Positions 29,748 through 44,348 of a stretch of DNA of 64,000 nt are shown piece by piece. The stretch spans positions 304,544,001 to 304,608,000 of the forward strand of contig OZ024743.1 of the NCBI GenBank assembly GCA_964016885.1, given 5' to 3'. The position numbers and the translations under genes were made by a program. Below the pieces are notes generated by a model. It saw only the letters and a list, made by a program, of their open reading frames with translations, searched no databases and was not told where the DNA came from. Each line of letters starts with the position of its first letter. Positions within the stretch are counted from its first letter, which is position 1. The DNA comes from Eledone cirrhosa. Its lineage: Eukaryota.

Positions 29748-29787
29748 CCGAGAACAATTGTTTCACCTTCGTGGATCTTCAGCTCGG
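29748..29787 (-). ncRNA. Minimal hammerhead ribozyme (family shared with 55627-55669)
   Basis: ccgag-CTGAAGA-tccacgaaggt-GAAA-caattg-TT-ctcgg. Confidence 0.7.
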
Positions 29788-30529
29788 GATGTGTATGGTT
29801 ATAGGAACAGAAAGGACAACCGTACGAACGCGCATGCGCAGAAACCCGGTCACTTCACACAGGCAATACTAGACTGCGTGCGAAATACTAGACTAACTGC
29901 GAAAGTCCAGAAAGTTTTTAGGTGAAAATAAAATTAAAAAAAATAAAAAATAAAATTACCAAGAAGCAGTCCGGACCCTTGTAGTTATGCAATAGATGTT
30001 TGGTGCTTATTTTATGGGTGATATGGCGCATGGCTTTCTGGCATGACACCCATAATTTTGATTTAGATTAAATTCACTTTGATTTATCTTAATTTTGGAT
30101 ATAGATATATAAATACGGCTCCTTAATCGTAGAGCTAACTCTGTTGAAAGGACTTGACTGCTGTTTCTAGTTGTCGATAACCCTATTCACGCCACTGGGT
30201 CGAAGCTGGTATGATGTGTGTAATTTTAGTAGATACAGCACGTGTTACTGGCCAGTCGCTGATTTGAACTTAATGCGTAAACACAGATGGCTGGACTTCT
30301 TCCTTGTTGAAAATCCAAGTATCGGCCTCCGTGGTTTACCATTCGATTAATTGGTTAAATATATTACTTTAATGGAATATATACAGGGAGGATTAATCAT
30401 ATAATAAGGTATCTATTTTTGAAGTTCTAGTTAACTTTATTTAGTTACCTACCTAGCTATGTGTGCTTGCACACTTGTAAAAATTACCCCTGTGATATGT
30501 TTATTCATATGTTAATCAATTTCTATTTG

Positions 30530-30594
<65 letters not shown>

Positions 30595-30597
<3 letters not shown>

Positions 30598-31200
30598 GGA
30601 AAAGAATGAAACGAAATTTCATTTCCCACTCTTAGTACGGCTGATACCTAAATATAAGTATGTATAAGTACATACATATATGTGTATGTGTAAGTACATA
30701 CATATATATATACATATATGCACACACATATATATGTACGTATGGTTTTACAGAACATTTATTATAATGTTCGATTTGTTTGTAAACAAACAGCCCGAAT
30801 TACGCCGTACAGTGCTCGGCAACCATCGTCGCCCTTTTGTTCAACACTGACACAAGAACGATGTACTAGTTTCAAGCTTATTAGCTATCGTCAGAATCGT
30901 ATACCTTTCTGTCAATGATTGAACGTCTGAAAGTATATACTTTCCTTATGCATATTAACGGCTGAGCAGCCTAATTTGCATATCGAGTGAGTTAGACCGC
31001 CGAAAACGATAAATGGAAAAGAATGAAACAAGACTTCATTTCTGACTCTTAATACGGCTGATACCTAAATATAAGTATGTATACGTACATACATATATGT
31101 GTACAGACGCACATATATATGTGTGTGCATGTATGTATATATATATACATACTACTGTGCGTCTATACAGATATATGTATGTACGTTTACATACTTATAT
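30595..31200 (-). mobile_element. Family R: one ~415-bp unit plus a partial tandem unit and an inverted fragment
   Basis: aatggaaaagaatgaaac recurs at ~30595 and ~31012; HHR at 30858-30900 (-). Confidence 0.75.
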
Positions 31201-31706
31201 ATATATATATAGAGAGAGAGAGAGGGAGAGATTGACCATACGGAATGACTAATTCTATCTAGTGGTGAACCAACAAACCTAAATAAATATATATATATAT
31301 ATATATAAATATATATATATATAAATATATATGTTGAAAAAAATGAAAACGAAATTTCATTTCTCACTCTTAGTATGGCACTTACTTAAATGTAAGTATG
31401 TATGTATACGTACATACATATATGTGTACAGACGTACAGTAGCATGCATATATATATATATGAATATTTATATAAGTTTATAAAAGTGTAGGTATGTATA
31501 ATATATGATTCAACTGGAAATATTTTTTTTAATTGTGAATATGACCGTATGTGTGGTTGTGTAAGTGCCTGCTTTTCTGTGCGTAACAACTAATTTACTT
31601 CAAAGAGGATATTGGTTTATAACTATATCTATTTATGTGTGAATATATATATAGATTTTTGTATAAACGCATGTAAATATCTATGTACACACACATACAT
31701 ACATAC

Positions 31707-32310
31707 ATGGTGTCTGCCAACTCGTTTTCGAGTACGGCCACTATTTATATCCATGTAGGAGAAACCCTACCGGTGCGCTCAACGAGAGTGTGACTTTTTA
31801 GTCCAGCCAGCGACTTGAAAACTCTGGTACAAACACTACACTTGTGACAATTATTGACACATAGTGCTGAGCCCATGGTACCATGTGACGACAAGTGCAG
31901 AGAGATCTCCAGATATAAAGAAATGCCTGTGCCGTGAAGCTTTTATAGTGAGCAAAGGCACTGCGCAAAGCCAGTCCCACTCTCTTAACCAAGATGATAT
32001 TTACCAAAAAGAAGAACAAGTCATTGGATACCATCAGGGTTGCAGGTGTTATATCATAGTTTTCCTTCTCCTGGAATTATGCCTTGACAAAGGCTAAGGG
32101 GTCATCTCTCCCGGTGATTTTGGATGGCCATTGACTCTTAAAAGCTCCTTTGCCCTTTGATAGATTTTGCTTTTAGTCCTGCAGGATGTTCACAGTCACC
32201 CTTCTCAACAAGAAATCTTGGTGAGGTTGCCAGTTTAGTCGCCAACGCCCCGACCATGAGACAAGTTGTACTGGGATACATGTTACCAGTAGCACCAACT
32301 GGTGACCTGA
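31707..32310 (+). mobile_element. ~600-bp SINE-like repeat flanked by (TACA)n; copy 2
   Basis: Homologous to 2140-2742. Confidence 0.8.
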
Positions 32311-32327
32311 CATACATACATACATGT

Positions 32328-32379
<52 letters not shown>

Positions 32380-32382
<3 letters not shown>

Positions 32383-33433
32383 TATTAATATCGATGTAGT
32401 TTTTTATATTGATATTGCTTGGGCATTCCACTGAAGAGTTATAAGAGCCCACTTGCACGTAAGTCTGTTGATCATATGAAAGCTTTTACATAACTTGGAC
32501 ACTTTTCTCCCGCCTTGTAGAAATCTTATAATGAAACAATCGTATGGATAGTGAGATTTATTTAATTATGTCTCATATAAAATAATACAGCCGACTATCC
32601 ACAGAATACAATATAGTTAGCACCCCAAACGTATAATTGGGAATATACTTAGGTATTTCCTAATGTTTGTTGAGTGAGATGGAGTTGGTCGGAGTATCAC
32701 TAATAGCTTTCTCTGTTAATGTATTAAGTATTATACTCTTGGATGGCCGGACATAAAGTTTCCAGATATTTAGGTATGACTATCCTTATTTATTTTTAAT
32801 ATGAAATATTGATTGTTTCTTCCTGTATCTCATGTCTGTTATTTTGCCTGAGAAGATATTTATATGTATACTTAAATAATACGTACATATTTTTTTTTTT
32901 TTTATTATCCAGTTGAGTTCTTAACACGTGGTTTGGATTCCTACCAGAGTTCAATGACCTGCATGTATATTATTTTATATTTTACGATAACCTCCCCTTC
33001 CCATTTTGGGGACAGTGTGAGATTTGTTTTGAAGGACTGCTGGACTTTCAAACTTAGCGGTTCTAGCACTGACGGTGAATATGGCAGAATATTAATGTCG
33101 ATGTAGCTTTTCCATATTGATATTGCTTGGGCATTCCACTGAAGAGTTATAAGAGCCCACTTGTACGTAAATATGTTGATCATATGCAAGCTTCTACATA
33201 ACATGGACACTTTTCTCCCACCTTGTAGAAATCTTATAATGAAACGATCGTATGGAAAGTGAGATTTATTTAATTATGTCTCATAAAATAATACAGCCGA
33301 CTATCCACAGAATACAATATAGTTAGCACCCCCAAACGTATAATTGGGAATATAGTTAGGTATTTCCTATGATTGTTGAGTGAGATGGAAGTTGGTCGGG
33401 GTATCGCTAATAGCTTTCTCTGTTAATGTATTA
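32380..33433. repeat. ~350-bp local direct duplication (32380-32726 and 33087-33433)
   Basis: Two aligned diverged copies. The minus strand reads LITLQWNAQAI, resembling the start of an APE endonuclease. Confidence 0.8.
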
Positions 33434-33619
33434 TATATGACTTGTAATACCTGTTGAAGGCCATCAAAGATGTACAAGAGAACGCAATTAAGACATTGAT
33501 ATGCGATAAAGCATTGACGTTTTCAAAACATTGGAAATCATGGTAGTTTTGCAAGTGGAAAGTGTATAACAGATGCCATATTTGTGGTAAAGATGATGCA
33601 AAAAGGGTTTAGGGTGAAA

Positions 33620-33870
33620 AATCATGACATATTTCACCTTTGTCGATATTGAAAAAGCTTATGATAGGATTCCTCGAGGGATAGTTTACTGGTGCCTCAG
33701 GAAATGTCTCAGGGAACTTGATCAATCTGTTTAAAGGGGCAGACAGGATCCTCAAACAGCTGCGAGGACTCCAGACGATTCAATTCAAAATAAATGTAGG
33801 TCTGCATCAGGGTTCTACATTGAACCCGTTTCTATTTATTGTGGTTCTAGATACGATAACTGTCGATACT
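33620..33870 (+). pseudogene. RTE-like reverse transcriptase fragment
   Basis: FVDIEKAYDRIPR..WCLRK and VGLHQGSTLNPFLFIVVLD motifs. Confidence 0.7.
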
Positions 33871-33879
33871 TGCCGGAGT

Positions 33880-35705
33880 ACTGTGAATCGGATCCGTTTC
33901 CACCAGCATTCTCATCGCTCTAACATCACGTCGACTGTGCTTTCCGCTATTCGCAACATTCGGCGTCGCGATGACATTGTCATCAAACCCGCTGACAAAG
34001 GTGGCGCTGTGGTGGTTTGGAGCGTTGACCTCTATAGGGCTGAGGCTCTCCGCCAGCTTACCCTTTTTTACCGCCCTTTATCCTCCGACCCCACTCCTGG
34101 CTACCAACAAATCCTCCACCATACACGAGCTCATCTCCTCCTCTCTCCTACCCCCCACAGCCACCAAACTTATTGTACGCACCCCTGACACACTCACCAT
34201 CTACTTCCTCCACAAAATACACAAGCAAAATAATCCTGGCCGTCTTATCGTTTCTGCGTGCAACTGCCCCACCGAGATAATTTCTGAATATTTAATCATC
34301 ATCCTCGCTCTGTTGTTCAGCAATCTTCCTTCACACATCCACGAAACAAATCATGCCCTTAGACACTTCAATTCTTTCTACTTCAGGTCCCTCCTGCCTT
34401 CTCTTTACCCTGGACATCACCTCCTTCGATACCCTCATCCCTCATGATGACGGCCTCCACGCTCTCCAACATTTTTTTTAGATTTACGACCTACCCCAGC
34501 ACTACCACTCTTCTCTGTATGGCTGAGCTTGTTCTCACCCTCAATGGATTTTCTTTTTCGGGTGAATTATATCAACAGGTCTCTGGAGTAGCGATGGGAA
34601 CCAGAATAGGTCCAAACTATGCCAACTTGTTTGTTGGCTACGTCGAAGCACAGATCTTCTCCCAGTACGCTGGACCGACTCCTGAGCTACACGGTCATTA
34701 TATTGACGACTGTATCGGCGCCACCTCTCTAACCCGAGAATAGCTCAACTGTTTTCTTTCTTTTGTCCAATCTTTCCATCCTGCTCTCAATTTCACCGCC
34801 GCCGTCTCCGATTCTTCTGTCGCTTTTCTAGATGTCTCTTTATCTATTAATGACTCCCAATTTCACCTCGACTTCACCTCCTCACCAAACACTCCATACA
34901 CTGTTCCCAATTTCTCCGTCTTCGTCGACTCTGTAGCCAGGACGACGATTTCGAAACCAATTCCCTTCGCATGGCTTCCTGCTTCATCCAGCGTGGATAT
35001 CCCCCCACCGTGATCGAAGCTGCTGTCACCCGAGCCCGTGAAACAGACCGCACCACAGCCCTCTCACCTCACCTCTGCCCTCCCAACACCCGTGTTCCTT
35101 TTCCTCTCACCTACCACCCCATCAACCTACCACTCCGGCGACATATCCTCCGTTCCTTCCGTATCCTCTCTTCTGATCCCATCACTTCTCGCTTTTTTCC
35201 AAACCCAGCCAATACTGCTTTTAAGCGCGCCCGCAACCTCGGTGGCCTCCTGGTTCGCAGTTCCTTTTCGTCCTCTCGCACGACTCCACCTGGCTCTCAT
35301 CCTTGGTCCCGTTCCCGCTGCAGCACTTGTCCCTTTATTTCCACCCTCACCACTCTTGAAGGCCGTAACGTGTCTTTCCGCATCCGCCATTCCTTCGCCT
35401 GCTCATCCACACACGTTGTCTATGCCCTCCGGTGTTCCCGTTGCGGGACTTTATATATCGGACAAACGAGACGCCGTATGACGGACCGTTTTGCCGAACA
35501 TTTGAGGGACATACGACTCGGTTTGGATACTCCTGTCGCCCGTCATTTCTGTTCTCCTGGTCATTCTTCCATACATGTTTCTGTCCTGGGTGTCCTTTTA
35601 AATCATGGATCACTGGCCTCGAGCACCAGGACTGAACAAAGTCTGATTAACCGCTTTGGGTCCTATTCCTCTCTTGGACTCAACTCACCTCCCCAATTTC
35701 TCTAA
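33880..35705 (+). mobile_element. Penelope-like element (RT + GIY-YIG), frameshifted, 5'-truncated
   Basis: IVIKPADKGGAVVVW, PGRLIVS, GVAMGTRIGPNYANLFV, HYIDD; C-terminal VVYALRCSRCGTLYIGQT..DRFAEHLRDI. Confidence 0.9.
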
Positions 35706-35948
35706 TACCCCGTCCATTATAACACCCCTAGATTCCTATCGCTTTCTCTTGGTAATTAGCAGCTTCTCTTACAACTAATACATGCTGACTATATATGCTC
35801 ACTCCACTTTTCCCTTCACTGCTCTGTATATACACATACACACCCTTATATCAACATACTTTTGCTCATAGCTTCGTACTTACATGCAAACACACTCTTT
35901 TACTCACATATACACACACATTTCTTCTTAGCTTCGTACGGACTTATA

Positions 35949-36067
<119 letters not shown>

Positions 36068-36975
36068 TACAAACAAAAGTATAGACATATACTACAAACA
36101 CACAGACTCGAAACAATACCTTCCATTCAACTCGTGCCACCCTAGACACACCAAAATGGCAATTCCTTATAACCTAGCCAGAAGGATCTGCACAATAGTT
36201 TCAGATAAATACACATGCTACACACGACTAGAAGAATTAAAAAACACACTTATCAGCAGAAACTACCCCACATCCCTAATTAACAATGGATTCCGACGTG
36301 CCCTAAAACTCGACATCCAGGAACTCAGACACCCCAAACCCAGGAATGAACCGCAACAGAAAACTCTACCATACATCTCCACACACAACCCCCTCAACAA
36401 TGAGGCATTCGACACCATCCTCCAGAAAATTCATTTACTAAAAAGAGACCCAAGAATGAACAAAATCCTCCAAACACACAACATCATAAAGAGCAAAAGA
36501 CAACCTAAATCCATAAAAAACATCCTCACACAAGCCAAAATCCAACAAACCCTCACAATGAACCCTACAGTAACAAAATGCGGAAGGCCCAACTGTGGCA
36601 TATGCATAAATCTAATAGAAGGTTCAACATTCCATTTTAACCAGGGACAACATTTCACAGTAAAACACAACTTTACATGTGCATCTGAAAACATAATCTA
36701 TGTTTTGACCTGCTCGGGTTGTGAAAAGCACTACATAGGACAGACAAAATACAGCCTCCAACAACGTATGACCGTCCATAAATCCCAAATCAAAATACAG
36801 GAATACAGAAAGATTGCGTTTAGTAAACATATCGCCAATTATTCACACAATCAACATCCAAACTTTAAAATGTTTCCCCATTTACAAATTCATAGACAAC
36901 GCTACTTTCATCCATCGTACCAATAAGGAAACGTATTTCGTCAACAAATTCCAACCTCTACTTAATGCACTAAAC
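36068..36975 (+). mobile_element. Second Penelope-like element fragment (RT thumb + GIY-YIG) starting at a (TA)n tract
   Basis: IYYKHTDSKQYLPFNSCHP, CGRPNCGIC, NIIYVLTCSGCEKHYIGQT..QRMTVH. Confidence 0.88.
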
Positions 36976-37302
36976 TTCGGACTAAACTAAAACTGGAACA
37001 AACAATCAAACATTTACAAATACCTATGTCTCTCTAAAGAGTTACCTCCCTCACACCCTACCTAATACTTTTTCTTAAATAAATTAAATATCATCCAGCA
37101 TGAATTACCTCCCCCTGCATATTAACTCTCTAAAAAGGGAAATCATATCAAACCCCAGTCCACCATTTGCCTCCATCATTGATCAACTAAGCATTCTGGC
37201 TATATTAACACATTTTGTTCTGCTTATCTTCAAGAACTATGCCTGTAAATAACATTATTTTTTCTTTCACATTGCCTTAATACGCTCCTCCACATTACGG
37301 TC

Positions 37303-37470
37303 CTTTTTTTCTTTTTTTTTTTCTTTTTTCTTTTTTCTTTTTTCTTTTTTCTTTTTTCTTTTTTCTTTTTTCTTTTTTCTTTTTTCTTTTTTCTTTTTTT
37401 CTTTTTTCTTTTTTCTTTTTTCTTTTTTCTTTTTTCTTTTTTCTTTTTTCTTTTTTCTTTTTTCTTTTTT
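37303..37470. repeat. (TTTTTTC)n heptamer repeat
   Basis: Direct tandem repeat. Confidence 0.9.
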
Positions 37471-37814
37471 ATTTTTTCTTTCTTCTTTTCACTTCATAAA
37501 CCTTGTTTGTAAATAACGTTATTCTTTCTGTACCATTTCTTTAACATGTCCAACACCACCATTCTACGCCAATACATATTACTTTTATTTAATAATGCAT
37601 AAAATGCTGCAACCGGTATAAGACAATTATTAAATATATAAATAAATAAATAAAAGCCATTGTTAATTAATAAATAAATCAACTAATACCTTAACACTTC
37701 ACACAAAGTAAAATATTTTGTTTTAATCATTTTCTAACTCAGAAAAAAGAGAGAAATAAATAAAAAGGGAAAAAAATATATTTTTCTTCCTAATAATCGT
37801 CTTTTTCTACCTGT

Positions 37815-37885
<71 letters not shown>

Positions 37886-37890
<5 letters not shown>

Positions 37891-38351
37891 ATACTTTGGG
37901 AGGATCATGTTGCCAGTAAGAAACACACGCACCAGTTGCTTTCACTTCAATTTATTATAAATTAAATTTATAAATTTAGGAATTTATAAATTTCCGGTTG
38001 GTTGGTTTGGTTCCACAACCAGATGGTTGTTTATATATTGTCAAAGTTCTTTCGTCACACATTCTGTGACCTCTTCAGTGACTGGGGATTCTTTTCTTTT
38101 CTTTGTTTTTGTGCCAAAAACAAAGAAAGGCACAAAAACAAAGAAAATAATCACCAGTCACTGGAGAGGTCACAGAATGTGTGACGAAAGAACTTTGACA
38201 ATATATGAACAAACATCTGGTTGTGGAACCAACCAACCAACCGGAAATTTATAAATTCCTAAATTTATAAATTTCGTTTATAATAAATTGAAGTGATGTA
38301 TCTGGTGCGTGTGTTTCTTATTGGAAACATGACCCTCCCAAAGTATAACAA
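37886..38351. mobile_element. Fold-back palindrome of PLE 3'-UTR family B with an HHR in each arm
   Basis: Arms are inverted copies. HHR 38040-38082 (-, CTGAAGA intact) and 38157-38199 (+, CTGGAGA). Same family as 51980-53079. Confidence 0.8.
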
Positions 38352-38399
38352 CAGACGTTTTCAGATAAAGAATCTTGCTAAACAAATTCAGAAACTAAA

Positions 38400-39078
38400 T
38401 ATATATATATAAAACAGAGAATGTTTATCTGTCTGTCTCCCTAAAACTTGAGAACCACCCAACCGATATTATTCAAATTTTACACATGTAATACTTATGG
38501 TCATGTGAGTGTTTTGAGCAAAAAGAATGTTCTCATTTTTTGCCCCAGGCACCGTATTGGGCGAAAAACCGATTTTTTAAAGCATTTTGGTTGCGTTAGG
38601 GCCTCTAACTCGAGAAGTACCCAACTGATTGTTTTTAAACTTGCATATGCATTACTTATGTTTCACAAATCTTCTTGACTGAAAAGATTTCGAATTGTTG
38701 CCCGAGGACCGCATTGTTTAGCATTTTGGTTGCGTTAGGGCCTAAAACCTCAAAAGTATCCAACTAAATGCCTTCATGCTCTCCACCACTGCAGTCCCAG
38801 ATGCTTACTGCTCTGTAACTATTGCTTTCTTTGTACCATAGCACAACAAATACATGTTTGGTTTGTCGAATGCCTTTTTACTTAATCCTATTGTCTTAGC
38901 TTTCGTGGGTTGAACATTTTATTCTCAGGCACCCAATTAAGTTAAACCCCTGGTAATCTACGACGAATATTTTGTATAGGCACAAAATGTAAACACCATC
39001 CCCAGGTGTTTCAGAAAGGAGGGATAAATATGCCAATCTATGTTTAGAATCCCAAGCAACGCCGGGCCATTCTGCTAG
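38400..39078 (+). mobile_element. Non-autonomous Helitron-like element
   Basis: 5' tatatatataaaa start; internal direct repeat agcattttggttgcgttagggcct (38581 and ~38720); 3' cccaagcaacgccggg...CTAG followed by T. Confidence 0.6.
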
Positions 39079-39386
39079 TAATCTTTAATTTTTAGTTTTT
39101 TAATTCTTATTAATTCTCTTTAATTGTAATACTCAACATATGATAAGATGAATGTTGATAATACATTGAAACCGGTTATACTTCATATACCTTATATACA
39201 TTATAAAACTATTTTTTTTTATAATTCTCCATCTCATTTTTTCAATAATGTCACTTTGGCGAAACAAAGAAAGGAAAAAAAAAAGAAAAACAAACCCTTA
39301 AATATATTTTCCGTGCTATTTCCAATCTCTCTCTCTCTCTCTCCCTCTCTTTATATATATATATGTATGTGTTTGTGTGTGTATGT

Positions 39387-39515
<129 letters not shown>

Positions 39516-40449
39516 TGTATGTATGTATAGATATAGATAGATATGTATATATAGAAAAGTAAGAATGTTTCGGGGAAGCTTTTTTTTTATATTATTATAT
39601 TTTTTAAAGGTTTTTATGCCGTCCGAAGAGCTCAGACTATCAGAATTGATAATCATCACCAAAATATGTATCATGGAGATATAGATAAACCTAAATCAAC
39701 TCTTAAATCGATCTTTTTAATGTTATATAATCCTCCGACTTGTACCATTTATACAGGTCGTTGATCGCTTCATTTTATCTGCATCACAGCCAACCAACCT
39801 TAATGTGATCTGCACATCCTTGGGCGATTAGCACCATAGTATAATGTATACATATATATTTATGTGTGTGTGTGTGTGTGTCTGTCTGCGTCTGTGTGCG
39901 CGTGTGTGTTTGTGTGTATACCTACGTACATATTGACGTGAGAGGTCAATGCTTCAGCTACCAGCCTTGTTAAATAACTGGATATTTTTCTCGTGATATT
40001 CATCATTAAAGACACTTTTTATTTGACATCATAGTGATATCCATCCAAATATTGAATACACCTTACAAGGATTTACTACAAACAACATTGCTGAACATGA
40101 CAACATCAACATTAACAATACTAGTGAGGAATCGAATAAAAAGCACCAACGAGAAAAGTAAACATGTTTTTAGTTGCAGTTACAGAATGAACTGAAACTA
40201 TAAATCGCATATTTCCTGGACATACGAACACAATAAAGACCTATTTTATTAATATAAAATGACAAAAAGGATTCCTTCATTGGCTCTATGAATAGAATGA
40301 CACTACATTAGGGCGAACTTCACCCAGAGCTAAATAATTTCCCAACCAAACATCATTCAAAACAAAAATAAAATTGTGAAACCACTACAAATAACAAAAC
40401 TAAATGAGCAGTCTCCTAGATCAGACATGTAATTAACATGTATCACAAA

Positions 40450-41690
40450 AGGCCGCCATGTAACTACGTTTTCTCGTAGACAGTCATACCATTAAAATCA
40501 AACAAGAGCAGTACGCAAAAAGTCCTTTGAAACAGCCTTGCCAGCGAAAAATGAGACGCCATGCGTCACAACAGACTTTACCACGACTGCTATATTTCGC
40601 AGCTTTGATAACCATCAGCATCAAAATACCCTCATTGATAGTAAGTCAATAATTTGCAGGGAAAGTGAAAAGTACAAAGAGATAAAACGCATTCTTGGTG
40701 AAACTTTCCAATAAGAGATTAATTTATGTATATAACTTTCTCTCGGAAAAAGACATAAAACGTCAATAAAAAGAAATTCTGTCGTTGAAATTGGAGGTGT
40801 ATACTTACGACAATGAAGCATTATTTTGGTGATAAGAGGTATGTTAAGAGAATTAAATCAACACAAAAAAGTCATCGTATATTTCATAAATAAAAAAAGA
40901 GATCACTGACCTATGAAAAACTATCAGCCATAACTCAATGCTTATCACATATAAACAAAAACAAAAGAATACACTCCTCAATAACAAAGGGCGAAAAATA
41001 AAATAGAAATTATGTTTGGAGACAGTATAAGCAGGACTCTTCAATACAAGTTGATCACCCTCAAACCAGAATTGAGAGCTATAAGCAGTAAAGTTCGAGA
41101 GTGGCACAAAGGTAAATGTTAAAATAATATTAAGCTGAAACTAAATATTAGTCAATAGAGATATGAGGGGGGAATCAATAAATGTCACTGAGACCCCATA
41201 CCAAAAAGATATAAATTCTTTCTCGAGGAAAAAAAATGGATGAAGAAAAGAACTTCAAACGTGATATATTAAAGTTGAAAGAGATCCGAACGAACGATTG
41301 CACCTGCATTACAACAAAATCATACAGCATCAATGATGATACCCTTGAGACTGTTGCAGGAACATTTCGGAATATGAAAGCACCAGAAATAGATGTTATT
41401 ATCAGCTACTGGCACGAAAACTGACTTTATATCGGATGCATTTTATTAACGTCTACCAGAAAGTTCTCTAGGGAGATGCCTATACAAACTTGTTGACATT
41501 AACAGAAACAACATTGGTCCCAAAAAGAAATGAATCCCACTTGGCAAAAAAACCTATTGCATACCAAAAAAACTAATGTATATGGTTATTACCCTCCTGA
41601 AACTATTCCTCCTGGATCACTGTGGCAATAACAGTATTATCACAGATGAGAAAGTAGCTGTGAAGAAAGGATTTTGGGTGTATTGCTGAG
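40450..41690 (+). pseudogene. Highly decayed R4/Dong-like ORF remnant
   Basis: NMKAPEIDVIISYWHEN resembles NWKSPGPDGVQGYWIKN; LLDHCGNNSIITDEKVAVKKG resembles HHLHTNNLLPDEQKGCRKK of the elements above. Confidence 0.5.
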
Positions 41691-41783
41691 CAACTTCTAA
41701 TTACCCCCGACACAACACGGTCATTTACGTATTACACTCACACACACAACAAACACACATACACACACAGACACACAAACACA

Positions 41784-41833
<50 letters not shown>

Positions 41834-41934
41834 CGTGTGCGTGTGTGTGTGCGTGTGTGTGTGTGTGCATTAGTCATAATAATAATAAAGGGGCGATTTG
41901 CCTTCATTATGTTTTTGACGCATAGAGTTACGGC

Positions 41935-42062
41935 CCTTGCCATTCTGAGTTCAAATCCTGCCGAGGTTAACTCTGCCTTTCATCCTTACGGGGACGATAA
42001 AATAAAGTACCAGTAATATACTGGGTAATTGCTGGCCTTGTGCCTAACGTAGAAACAATTAT
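41935..42062 (+). mobile_element. SINE fragment (gttcaaatcctgccgaggttaactctgcctttcatcc... family)
   Basis: B-box-like gagttcaaatcc; homologues at 49285-49400 (-), ~61580-61715 (+) and ~27935-28020 (-). Confidence 0.7.
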
Positions 42063-42070
42063 GTTTATTG

Positions 42071-42161
42071 AGTAGTGACGCGCGTTTCGCTATTGATCAG
42101 TTCAATGTTCGTTCTGTATCGTTCTAGCCCGACTCTGGAATCAAAGGCTCGTCAGACTTCT
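42071..42161 (-). ncRNA. Hammerhead ribozyme (type I, extended stem II)
   Basis: agaagt-CTGACGA-gcctttgatt...gatcaatagc-GAAA-cgcgcg-TC-actact: canonical core, G-C at the base of stem II, palindromic stem III, GUC site. Confidence 0.75.
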
Positions 42162-42359
42162 GCTGTGGTAATGACAGAATGAAACTGTAGGGCTTAGAAA
42201 GGTCTATAACGATTCACATTCATTTATGGTGGTCAGTTACTGTTGTTTTAATTGGTAGTTTTGCTACAAGGAAAGGTTTAATTCTACACCTCTTTACCGA
42301 CTGGAAAATATGCATTGAGTGCAAGCTCGGGTGAACCTACAGTAACTGCACATTACATT

Positions 42360-42486
<127 letters not shown>

Positions 42487-43765
42487 ACTTGGCAAGCTAT
42501 TTAGAACACTGGTTTAACCGCTTTACTTCCCTCCGAAGAAGAGATATTATCTCGAAAATTAAGGACATTAAATAAATCTAAGGTAAAAGACTAATTGTCA
42601 ACAATATCTTTTGCATTTGCATTCTTTACTCTATGTCCATACCTGCATTGCTTTGGCTTTATTATACATATAAAAAACGTTTATACCTCATTACACAATG
42701 CTTCAAGTGAACTATAACTACCTCCTATATATATATATATATATATATAATAATGGTACTATTTATAGTTATGTATACACTACACAACTATAAACTGGAA
42801 AGGTCAGTAATTTATTACTACCTTATTACCAGTAAGAAAAATAGCACAATACATCAGATGTTTTACAGAGCAGGAATATAAATTACACAATAATCAAAGT
42901 TATGTTCAAATCATTTTATTGCCGACGATCGTTTCTTCTTCTTCGTTTGGATTCATCGGGGTACTAGCAATGTTTGTACATATAGTTAACCTCCTATTCA
43001 ACTGAATAATCATGTAGATACATGGATATTAATGCTGTCAACAACAGTTTCGGATTTACAGAGTGGAATGGATGCGACATATATTACAAGAGAATTGTAC
43101 ACTAAATAAAATTAAAATTAGAAAGCACAGAGTGGAATTCATGCGACAGATATCACAAGGGAATAGTATAATAATTAAAGAGGCATTAAGGAGAAATTTT
43201 ACTCGTAAAACGAGGACACCAGCAGTACATATGCAAGCGTGTAGAGAGTGCAAATGCGTTATGCATATATAGGAAGGAGACAATCAATGGTGCTAGGCAT
43301 ATATAATTACTGTATAGCAAAGGTATCACATAAAATAACATAGGTTTACATACATATCAAGCAGGCAAAGGTGTTTGTGTATTAAAATTGCGAGTTTATG
43401 GTGGATGTAATGCGATGATTGTTTCTGTAATGTTCAAATGTGTATGTGTTGAGAGTATCAATGTTATTGCTATCGTATCCATTACATTGGTTAAATTATA
43501 TTTTAGTGAATGTTTTTAGTTAGTTACAGCTATGGAATGTATATTGGTCCTATTATATTGTTATCCTTGGTTCGAGTTGTTCTATAGCGGTTCTTCTAAC
43601 TAAAAACATTCTACTAACTAAAAACATTCACTAAAATATAATTTAACCAATGTAATGAAAAGATAGCAATAGGGGATATATATGTATAGAGATAAATAGA
43701 TAGATAGGTATAGATAGATAGGTATAGATGGAGGTATAGATAGAGGTATATATATATATATATAG

Positions 43766-43895
<130 letters not shown>

Positions 43896-44271
43896 GAGTG
43901 AAAATCCGCCTCTTCATTGCTGTAGTGGAGTCTGTGATGCTGTACGGATCTGAGACTTGGACACTGACCAAGAAACTCACTCAGATGGTGGATGGGTGCT
44001 ACACGAGAATGCTGAGGATGGCTCTGAACATTAATCAGTATACACTGAGGATGTAAAAACTCAGAGCGACATCCAGAGTTGACATTGCACTCAGTGCTCC
44101 CGTGGGAACCCCTACATGGACACACTGGAAGAGGGAGACCAAGGTTAACGTATATTGATGCCCTAAGGACAGACACTGGTCTGTTGGAGACACAGGACAT
44201 GGCAGCGATAATGAGGGACAGAGACCGCTGGAGAGAACTCGTCCATGGATCTCATTAATTTTACCTGCCCT

Positions 44272-44272
<1 letters not shown>
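43896..44272 (+). pseudogene. RTE-clade LINE 3' fragment between (TA)n tracts
   Basis: [44 protein letters not shown] (RTE RT C-terminal motif). Confidence 0.8.

Positions 44273-44348
<76 letters not shown>

Noticed and set aside
30974-30981. Octamer motif ATTTGCAT in family R
   Set aside because: An 8-mer in AT-rich DNA with no accompanying PSE/TATA arrangement identified.
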